64,000 nt of DNA from an uncultured Candidatus Izemoplasmatales bacterium (GTDB lineage: Bacteria > Bacillota_I > Bacilli_A > Izemoplasmatales > Izemoplasmataceae): contig CAZOPM010000002.1 of the NCBI GenBank assembly GCA_964581705.1, forward strand, positions 1,687 to 65,686. The letters are read 5' to 3'. Below the pieces are notes generated by a model. That model ran no database searches. It was not told the DNA's origin and saw nothing but the letters and a program-made list of their open reading frames with translations. Of this stretch, positions 8,135 to 15,373 are shown in pieces (the first letter of the stretch is position 1; each line of letters begins with the position of its first letter). Position numbers and translations under genes: made by a program.

Positions 8135-9734
8135 ATCCAAGGAGGTCTCGTCGTTTATATAAAATGAAGCCACAGGTGCCAAGTGCGATGCCTAACATAA
8201 CGCTCACCAAGGCATAATAACCTTCAAAAGCCTCAATCGGATAACTGGGAACATAACCGAAGGGCGTCAGGCGCTCTATGATAGGGGGCAAATCAAGCAA
8301 AGTGCCAAAATATATTGCAATGAAGCTGTAGATGAGGTAGATCCACACAAAAACGGTTTTTTCGGGAAACGCTCCGACCAAGAGTGTGCTCAACCCTATC
8401 ATGAAGAAAATTGGTGGCCAGTGTACGAATACACTACCCACCACATCCTTAATGGCGATGGGGTCGTCCATCGATACTGCAATTGTCACAAATGTCCCAA
8501 GGGCACCGCCCAGCAGGAATATACCGCTTACCACAACAGCGAGTGTTAGATGCGCCGCAAGATTGTGAGTCCGTTTCATAGACGTGGCATAAAGTGCTTC
8601 GGTTCGATATTTCTTTTCTTCACTTGAGAGTTTAAGCATCACAAGCAGCGGTCCGATCGCCGCGGTGATGGCAATTACTTGCATAATAACTATCAAAAAC
8701 TGCAGTGTTATATCCCCGGCTAATTCATCGGGGATAAGGTCCATAATGGCCTGGTTTTCACTTAAGAATGCGTCAAGATCGCCAAATATCGATCCATACG
8801 ATGCTCCGAGAATGAACACTGTGATTCCCCAGGCGATAAGCGTCGTACGCTGGAGCCTCAGTGTCAGACCCAAGGGGCTGAGCAGTGATTTTGGCGCCTC
8901 CGCGCGCCCGTCTTTTCCATGGAAAAACCCACTTCCAAGATCGCGCATGCTATTGAGTTTAAAAGCAAGTGATGTCAATGCAACCGACAAAAGCGCAACA
9001 AGTCCTAGAGGCCAAATATAGTTGTTGACCATCACCTCACTGTGCATGATCCATCCTAGGGGACTCGCCCAAGACAGTGCGGGTAGACTCACATCACCAA
9101 TTGCACGCAGAATGTAGAGCCCAATCAGTGTCATAAAACTCCAAATGAGCGCCGCTCTGGAGTGATCAAAGAGTTGAACGAATACCGCTGCAAGCGTCCC
9201 GAAAAAAATTCCGCTGACCATGATCGCGCCCCCGAAAGTCAGTGCGTGGGCGGGGGTGATGCTTTCAATGCCAATAATCGCGAGCAATCCGCCATATCCG
9301 GCGCCAATCAAGAAATTGAGCACCACAAGAGCGAGGAGTGTCGCTGCGAGATTGCTCATCCGTCCAACGGGGAATGCACGGATTATCTCCATGATGCCTT
9401 CATCCTCGTTGCTTCTAGTGTGACGGACCACCATCATGATCGACATCACACCCGTGGTGATGAGCATGAACACCAGCATCTGGTTGGCATACATGGCCGC
9501 AACCGTGTAGTTATCCACGCCGTAAGGGTGCCCGACCATGGCGATCATGGCCGGGTTTCTCATCGTCTCACCCAGTGCCATTCGTTCTGCTTCACTGGGG
9601 TAAAGATTTGGATACGCCGCCGCCACACTCACTCCAAAGGCAGTGATTGCAAAAAACCATATGGCCATGCGCACTGCGTCCCGCCTGAAAATGGTTTTGA
9701 ATAATAATGGCGCGTTCACGAAATACCGTGTCAT
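8133..9734 (-). CDS. ABC-2-type exporter permease (about 12 TM)
   Basis: 533-aa highly hydrophobic ORF. It overlaps the upstream ATPase gene by 4 nt. Confidence 0.8.
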   Translation of the reverse strand: MTRYFVNAPLLFKTIFRRDAVRMAIWFFAITAFGVSVAAAYPNLYPSEAERMALGETMRNPAMIAMVGHPYGVDNYTVAAMYANQMLVFMLITTGVMSIMMVVRHTRSNEDEGIMEIIRAFPVGRMSNLAATLLALVVLNFLIGAGYGGLLAIIGIESITPAHALTFGGAIMVSGIFFGTLAAVFVQLFDHSRAALIWSFMTLIGLYILRAIGDVSLPALSWASPLGWIMHSEVMVNNYIWPLGLVALLSVALTSLAFKLNSMRDLGSGFFHGKDGRAEAPKSLLSPLGLTLRLQRTTLIAWGITVFILGASYGSIFGDLDAFLSENQAIMDLIPDELAGDITLQFLIVIMQVIAITAAIGPLLVMLKLSSEEKKYRTEALYATSMKRTHNLAAHLTLAVVVSGIFLLGGALGTFVTIAVSMDDPIAIKDVVGSVFVHWPPIFFMIGLSTLLVGAFPEKTVFVWIYLIYSFIAIYFGTLLDLPPIIERLTPFGYVPSYPIEAFEGYYALVSVMLGIALGTCGFILYKRRDLLG

Positions 9735-10621
9735 TTGTCGCTTGTCTCTTCATAATAATGCATGAAAAGATCTTCAAGCGTCGGCGGAGCGCTTTGAAAG
9801 AGGGTCACATCGTAGGGGGCGAGTGTCTTTATGATCGATCCGATTTTGTCGCGATCGGCTTGAAAGGTGTGGGTACCATTTTCACTGCGAACTGCGTGAA
9901 TGCCATCAATGCTTTGCAAAGCATCGATGGGTTTGTGTGTTTTAAGGGTGATGTTAAGACGTCTCAAGTGTCTGAGAGATTCAAGGGTTCCCGTCTCAAT
10001 GATGCGTCCTTTGCGGATGATGCTGAGTGTATCGCAGAGTTTTTCAACTTCACTGAGACGATGTGAGGAAAGGAAAACGGTTTTGCCTTCGCGTTGAACC
10101 TTTCTGACTTGTTCGTGAAATACATTTTCCATCAAAGGGTCAAGCCCGGTAGTAGGCTCATCAAAAATGAATAATTCCGCATCTGAGGCAAATGCGGCAA
10201 TCAAGGCAATCTTTTGGCGGTTGCCTTTGGAATAGCTGCGGCATTTCTTTGTGGGGTCGAAGTCAAAGGACTGCATGAGTTCGCGCTTTCGCGATATGTT
10301 GCTACTATTAGTGAAGCGCAAAAACAAATCAATCACTTCCCCGCCTGTGAGGTTGGGCCACAGATTCACTTCCCCAGGAACGTAGGCAAGGTGCTTATGT
10401 ATGATTACCGCATCGTCCCATACATTGTTTGCGAATATCGAAGCCGTCCCACTATCTCCTTTAATAATCCCAAGCAACACACGAATAGCAGTGGTTTTTC
10501 CAGCACCATTAGGACCAATGAACCCATAGATTTGTCCTTTGTGTACACTCAGGTCAATGCCGTCAAGTGCTTGGGTGGAGCCAAATCGCTTTTTCAAATT
10601 TTGGACGTTGATTATTTCCAT
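9731..10621 (-). CDS. ABC transporter ATP-binding protein
   Basis: Walker A GPNGAGKTT, signature YSKGNRQK, Walker B LFIFDEPTTGLD. Confidence 0.9.
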   Translation of the reverse strand: MEIINVQNLKKRFGSTQALDGIDLSVHKGQIYGFIGPNGAGKTTAIRVLLGIIKGDSGTASIFANNVWDDAVIIHKHLAYVPGEVNLWPNLTGGEVIDLFLRFTNSSNISRKRELMQSFDFDPTKKCRSYSKGNRQKIALIAAFASDAELFIFDEPTTGLDPLMENVFHEQVRKVQREGKTVFLSSHRLSEVEKLCDTLSIIRKGRIIETGTLESLRHLRRLNITLKTHKPIDALQSIDGIHAVRSENGTHTFQADRDKIGSIIKTLAPYDVTLFQSAPPTLEDLFMHYYEETSDK

Positions 10622-10705
10622 ACACTTACCTCGTTTCCCTAAAGGGCGTATAAAACAGATACATTTCTATTTTATCATAGGTTGAATAATGCTTGAAAAG
10701 ATATT

Positions 10706-10735
10706 AAAAAGAGCCGGTAAAACCGACTCTTTTAT
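10706..10735 (-). terminator. intrinsic terminator of SDR gene 1
   Basis: On the minus strand: AGAGTCGGT-TTT-ACCGGCTCT hairpin followed by a T-run. Confidence 0.7.
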
Positions 10736-10739
10736 GGTA

Positions 10740-11474
10740 TTACTGCAAAATCCATCCTCCATCAACGGGAAGGATAGCACCGGTGATAAAGCGCGCTTCA
10801 TCACTTGCTAAGAAGAGCGTGGCTTCTGCAATCTCCTCACTCGTTCCATAGCGTCCGATGGGTTTGCTCTCAACCATGTCCAACATTGCCTTGTCTTTAA
10901 AAAGTTCCTCGGTCATGCCACTGTGAATGGCACCGGGTGCGATGGCATTGATTTTGACGCCCTTGGAGGAATAGGTGTAGGCCAAGTGGCGTGTGTAACC
11001 AATCAGACCGTGCTTGGAAATTGTGTAGGCGGTTCCCCCACCATTGCCCATCAAACCGGCGATACTGGCGATATTGACAATCGATCCGTGCTCTTTTTCA
11101 AGCATATCGGGCAAGACGGCTTTTGTGAGAAAATGCACGCCGCGAAGATTGACACCGATAACTTTGTCAAACGTCTCCTCATCAAGGTCAAGCGCGTTTT
11201 TAAAATTGTCCAGGATGCCCGCGGTATTGATCAAGATGTCAATGGGTCCATAGGCTTCATGCGCTTGTTTGATGACATGTTCAATCTGTGATGTGTCAGA
11301 AACATCGAAAACGATGTCGATGGCCTCGCCGCCATTATTCCTGATTTGCTTGATTGTTTCCTTGAGGCCTTTTTTGTTGATGTCGGTCGCAATTACTTTC
11401 GCGCCCTCTTTAGCAAAAAGTTTGGCCTGGGCTCTTCCCATGCCCGATGCACCGCCTGTGATGAGTTGTTTCAT
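10740..11474 (-). CDS. short-chain dehydrogenase/reductase (FabG-like), paralog 1
   Basis: 244 aa with TGGASGMG cofactor motif, NTAG and YTISK (YxxxK). Confidence 0.9.
   Translation of the reverse strand: MKQLITGGASGMGRAQAKLFAKEGAKVIATDINKKGLKETIKQIRNNGGEAIDIVFDVSDTSQIEHVIKQAHEAYGPIDILINTAGILDNFKNALDLDEETFDKVIGVNLRGVHFLTKAVLPDMLEKEHGSIVNIASIAGLMGNGGGTAYTISKHGLIGYTRHLAYTYSSKGVKINAIAPGAIHSGMTEELFKDKAMLDMVESKPIGRYGTSEEIAEATLFLASDEARFITGAILPVDGGWILQ
11332..11371. repeat. 40-nt run identical to 14971-15010 (within the SDR paralogs)
   Basis: CCATTATTCCTGATTTGCTTGATTGTTTCCTTGAGGCCTT is present in both genes. A second identical 32-nt run lies at 11413-11444 / 15052-15083. Confidence 0.9.
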
Positions 11475-11532
11475 TGTATCCCTCCCAATGTCAAAATCTA
11501 TATGGACATACTACCTTTTTTACTCTTTCAAA

Positions 11533-11593
11533 CAAAAAACCCCTGAAATATGCATAGCGATCCTTGTTCCATGCGGCGCCTCTTTCAAGGGGC
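11533..11593 (-). terminator. minus-strand terminator ending the islet transcript
   Basis: On the minus strand: CCCCTTGAAA ... TTTCAGGGG (11583-11592 / 11540-11548) followed by TTTTTTG. The loop is large (about 34 nt). Confidence 0.55.
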
Positions 11594-12141
11594 TTTCTAT
11601 CTGATAATAAGTTGTTAAACACATTGTCTTTCGCTTTGAACCATGGTATTCATAGATCACCGTGACATGGTTCTGCAATGCGCGGTCATCGATGTATTCG
11701 GTGGTCCTTGGCACATGAACCGTCTGCAGGGTTTAGTAGGAGAAGGCGAAAAAGTTCACGGCCCTCATGGTACACGGTAGATGAACTGTCTCGATGCGCG
11801 TCGCCTCCTCATAAGACCAGTGGGCGAATGTGAAGTGAGGGATGTACGCAAGCGGATGAGAGCGTGTGGACACCGCCAGAATAAAAAGCACCGAAAACCT
11901 GAACCAAGCCTGCAGTCGCCTTGATGTTTTCGATGTGGATGGGAAATGCTATACCGAAAATGAATGGACACCGTTGTTATGAGGGAAGGTTCACCGGTTC
12001 CATCATGCATCACAGAGTCACACCTTTGACCCCATCCGAATCAAACGCTGGCACAATGCTTGATGGACACGTGGTTTGGAGGTCTTTTAAATCTTTGTGA
12101 GGAAAATATCAGACAAATACTAGAGAGGATACATTCTCTTA
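11594..12141 (-). other. ORF-free segment of about 550 nt, co-oriented with the upstream nuclease pair (candidate structured RNA, binding-site array or decayed gene)
   Basis: No ORF with an SD on either strand. TGGACAC occurs at 11867, 11965 and 12064, with the variant TGGTACAC at 11768 (98-99 nt phasing). The segment is bounded by a gene stop and a terminator. Confidence 0.35.
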
Positions 12142-12579
12142 TCAATCCCAATAAATAAGGGTCAAGGTATTGGTTGAGAAAGTCGTCTTATTCCAACACT
12201 TAGGACAGCGTACATCGTTCAGTGCTTTTGATGCATTAGATATATGCAGAAGTTCAGTTTCACAATGGGCACATAGATAGTCAGGCTCATATACACCACC
12301 AACATGCTTCAATTTGAACCAGAAAAGGTTGTAAGGCACTTCGCATTCAGGACATTTATAAAGGGTATGATATGAATCTTTCACTACGTTGATGGTCCCA
12401 TTCTTATGCTTGATCAGTGTTTTAACGTATGATTGAATCCGTTTGGAATCAATCAGATGAAGAATATTGATTCCTGTGCTTGATAAATCATCAAGCCCTC
12501 CATACATCATGCCAACACCAAACCTGATGATCATTTCATAGCCGCATTGTGAACAAGTCACTTCCATGCCCTTTCCCAT
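12142..12579 (-). CDS. double zinc-ribbon protein, function unknown
   Basis: 145 aa with four CxxC pairs (CSQC, CPEC, CAHC, CPKC). GAGGTG SD lies 6 nt before ATG 12579. The start is 16 nt after the GIY-YIG stop. The track start 12633 is rejected. Confidence 0.65.
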   Translation of the reverse strand: MGKGMEVTCSQCGYEMIIRFGVGMMYGGLDDLSSTGINILHLIDSKRIQSYVKTLIKHKNGTINVVKDSYHTLYKCPECEVPYNLFWFKLKHVGGVYEPDYLCAHCETELLHISNASKALNDVRCPKCWNKTTFSTNTLTLIYWD

Positions 12580-12595
12580 AACTTTCACCTCAGGG

Positions 12596-13090
12596 TCATT
12601 TGTTTGTATCGTGTATGTTATCAGTGATGTCATCCATTATATTATCGACGATTGTTCTCAATTCCGGTGAATCTATGAAACGATGCTGACTAACCTGATG
12701 GACACCAAAAACAGTGACGCCACGCTCTTTCAATGATTGTGCGACCATTTTTTCAACTGTCGCAGTCTTGTCGCGCTTGTGTTTATGATCTTCCCAGTTG
12801 AAGGCTTCAAAAAACAACGGGCCAAAAGAGAAAAAATCAAAACGGCATTCCCCTACAGCGATTCCCTGCGCATGTAGGTGCTTAAGCAGGGCATTTGCTT
12901 TGGGGTTTTTTGAGAGATGGGAGGAAAGACGTGAAAAAGGGGAGGAAGCGTTCAATGAGGAACTGTCCCCTGTTCTACCCACATAGTAATAAAGATTGGA
13001 TGTCTTTCTGTCCTCCACTTTCCAAATGTAAATCCAGAATCCACGTTGAAGCAAATCACCATCAAATGTCAATTGATATTTAGAAGGCAC
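12596..13090 (-). CDS. GIY-YIG nuclease superfamily protein
   Basis: 164 aa. WIYIW...(9 aa)...YYYVGRTGD...SPFSRLSSHL...VEKMV matches the GIY / YIG / Arg / Glu spacing. It has an acidic C-terminal tail. GAGGTG SD precedes the GTG start. Confidence 0.6.
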   Translation of the reverse strand: MPSKYQLTFDGDLLQRGFWIYIWKVEDRKTSNLYYYVGRTGDSSSLNASSPFSRLSSHLSKNPKANALLKHLHAQGIAVGECRFDFFSFGPLFFEAFNWEDHKHKRDKTATVEKMVAQSLKERGVTVFGVHQVSQHRFIDSPELRTIVDNIMDDITDNIHDTNK

Positions 13091-13550
13091 TTCATCACCT
13101 CGATTTTTAATGGGGTTAAAATTCTGAGAGCTTTTTTGGAATCAGTTTTATGATTTCTAACTGTGTGGTAAATGTCGTCCTGCATGAGTTTATGCGTTTG
13201 TTTGTAATAGCGGGTGAATACCAAAAGGAACAGAACCGAAGACCCCGCCCTCAACGTCAGTTTCACATCATCCCCAGGGGTCTAATCACCGAAGGCGGAA
13301 AACCCGATGCCGTAAAGCATGGGAAAGGGAAAAAGTTCCCCATGCTATTAAGCAAGAGGCAAGTCAACACAAAATACATTCTGCTTCTGTTCGTCCATCT
13401 TTTTCCATGGTCACACCCTTGTTTTGACATGCATTCAATGATACAAAGACAACCACTTCATATTTAAACAGTTGAAAACAACCGAAACGCATGCAGGGAG
13501 CGCCCACCGGGCGTCATGGTTCTTCCGAAAAGAAATGATTCAAGCGACAC

Positions 13551-13919
13551 TCATGCGTCTTTTCCCGATGGCTTCAAATGGAGTAGACCACGCACGATGA
13601 GCCAAAAGATATCCATGCCTACCAAAAAGATCAAGGGAAGGATGAATAACGCACCGCCCCCTGTGGAGAACACGTCAGTCTGAAGCATGAAATTAATGAA
13701 AAGACCGGTCGCAAGAAGCGATGCGACAGCGGACCAGAGAAGGGACCGATGGGCCAATTCAATGGCGACCATCACTGTCCCTGCCACAAACATGAGAAAA
13801 AGCAGGAAATGGTACCACTGTGGAAAATCAAACCCCTCGGATTCCAAAAGATGAAGATAAAACCAAGAAAGAAGCATGAGATAAACAAGGACCGCGAAAA
13901 CTTTCATGACGGTTCTCAA
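13551..13919 (-). CDS. small membrane protein (about 4 TM), unknown
   Basis: 122-aa hydrophobic ORF. GGGGGTG SD precedes the TTG start. Confidence 0.55.
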   Translation of the reverse strand: MRTVMKVFAVLVYLMLLSWFYLHLLESEGFDFPQWYHFLLFLMFVAGTVMVAIELAHRSLLWSAVASLLATGLFINFMLQTDVFSTGGGALFILPLIFLVGMDIFWLIVRGLLHLKPSGKDA

Positions 13920-14035
13920 GCAATCACCCCCGACACATTCTCAATGCCAGATTAGTAATGTAAAACAAACACACGAATTAAGATGCAACAGAAAACATCC
14001 TGCCTTAGCGTTTCATGACCGGTTGACTTTTCACT

Positions 14036-14284
14036 CTATTCCTTGTCTTTCACGTTGTTTGAGACTTGATGAAGGCGTTTTTCAAGACTTTGAATACGTT
14101 TTGTGGTTTTTCTATGATAGTCAACACCATAAGCGTTTATGCGGTAATGGATGATATTCGCGACACCGGCGGCGAACGCGAGCAATAAAAGAATCGTTCT
14201 CAGATACGCGAAATCATAAGTGAACGGCATGAATAATAACGTCACCGAGATTAACGCGATTCCGTTTATAAGCCCCATAAGCAT
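14036..14284 (-). CDS. small membrane protein (2 TM plus charged tail), unknown
   Basis: 82-aa ORF. The start may be the second ATG (14278), 6 nt after AGAGG. An extended -10 TGATATAAT lies upstream. Confidence 0.45.
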   Translation of the reverse strand: MLMGLINGIALISVTLLFMPFTYDFAYLRTILLLLAFAAGVANIIHYRINAYGVDYHRKTTKRIQSLEKRLHQVSNNVKDKE

Positions 14285-14378
14285 CCTCTATAATATTTTA
14301 GCGTTGAATTGTCCACCCTGGATGTCAATTCATTATATCATTTCTTTTCACAAACCCTAGGGGAATGAAACAAACAAA

Positions 14379-15134
14379 TCATTGCAGTGTTATGCCCCCA
14401 TCCACGGGGAGGACTGCGCCAGTGATGAAACGAGCTTCATCACTGGCTAAAAACAGCGTCGTCTCAGCGATATCACGCGCAGTTCCCATTCGTCCTGCGG
14501 GTGCGCTGCTGGCAACGTCCTTGAGGGGTGTGTGTCGCAGATGCGACTCAAACGTCCCGCTGTCAATGGCACCGGGAGCAATGGCATTGATTTTTATGCC
14601 TTTGGCCGCATACGTGTACGCCAAGTGTCGTGTATAGCCAATTACAGCATGCTTGGCCATTGTGAACGCTGCGCCCCCCGCGTTGCCCAATAATCCTGCA
14701 ATTGATGAAACGTTGACAATCGTACCATGATTCTTCTGAAGCATATCAGGGAGTACCGCCTGTGTTAAAAGGTGCATGCCTTTAATATTGATGCCCATAA
14801 TCATGTCAAAGGTTTCTTCATCCAAAGCCATTGCATCCTTGAAATGATCGAACGCGCCAGCAGTGTTGATCAAGATGTCTATTGAGCCATAGGTTTCATG
14901 CGCGCGCTCAATGACACGCTCAATCTGCGATGCATCAGAAACATCAAGGGTGATCCCGATGGCCTCACCACCATTATTCCTGATTTGCTTGATTGTTTCC
15001 TTGAGGCCTTGTTCATTGATGTCTGCTGCAATCACGTTCGCCCCTTCCTCGGCAAAAAGTTTGGCCTGGGCTCTTCCCATGCCTGATGCACCACCAGTGA
15101 TGAGTGTTACTTTGTTTTCAACACGTTTCATCAT
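14379..15134 (-). CDS. short-chain dehydrogenase/reductase (FabG-like), paralog 2
   Basis: 251 aa with the same TGGASGMG / NTAG / YxxxK motifs. Clearly paralogous to 10740-11474. Confidence 0.9.
   Translation of the reverse strand: MMKRVENKVTLITGGASGMGRAQAKLFAEEGANVIAADINEQGLKETIKQIRNNGGEAIGITLDVSDASQIERVIERAHETYGSIDILINTAGAFDHFKDAMALDEETFDMIMGINIKGMHLLTQAVLPDMLQKNHGTIVNVSSIAGLLGNAGGAAFTMAKHAVIGYTRHLAYTYAAKGIKINAIAPGAIDSGTFESHLRHTPLKDVASSAPAGRMGTARDIAETTLFLASDEARFITGAVLPVDGGITLQ
14971..15010. repeat. 40-nt run identical to 11332-11371
   Basis: See the partner repeat. Read directly from the sequence. Confidence 0.9.
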
Positions 15135-15302
15135 ATGCCTCCTTCTTAAAATAACAACCCTATTTATTCACCAATAGTATATCACACCCATTGTGCTGGC
15201 GTTTGATATCGGAAGCAGTAAGCAGCCTCTGCCTATGAATAATCAATCAATTTATGTTCATGCAACACGTGGTAAATTTTTTGTAAGACAGCCGCTATTG
15301 TT

Positions 15303-15321
15303 AATGCGAATGATTTGCATT
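15303..15321. promoter_or_regulatory. Fur-family-like (probably Zur-type) operator, copy 2, overlapping the -35 of the znuA-like gene
   Basis: AATGCGAATGATTTGCATT is a near-perfect 19-bp palindrome. The promoter TTGCAT (15315-15320), 16-nt spacer, TATGAT (15337-15342) overlaps it. Confidence 0.55.
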
Positions 15322-15373
15322 TGCATAAAAGTATGCTATGATTTGGCTACAATAAATTTTAGGAGTGATTACT

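Noticed and set aside
11643-12100. Three consecutive plus-strand mini-ORFs (45, 47 and 58 aa) in the ORF-free segment, joined as TAG-ATG and TGATG
   Set aside because: None has an SD in a genome where SDs are near-universal, the composition is odd (Arg/His/Cys-rich), and the strand is opposite to all islet genes. They are noted as a possible decayed gene, but I do not call them coding. The same applies to the minus-strand track ORFs 11765-12013 and 11520-11714.
11594-12141. Known large RNAs (RNase P, tmRNA, SRP RNA, group II intron domain V) as an explanation for the ORF-free segment
   Set aside because: I looked for GGAAAGTCC-type P4, the tmRNA 3' GGTTCGA...CCACCA end, and a 34-nt GAGCCGT...ACGGTTC domain V on both strands and found none. 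I cannot exclude ROOL, OLE, GOLLD or raiA from memory.
13069-13467. Track ORFs 13150-13467 (+, 105 aa) and 13069-13266 (-, 65 aa)
   Set aside because: They have no SD, implausible sequences, and mutually overlap in the ORF-free spacer.
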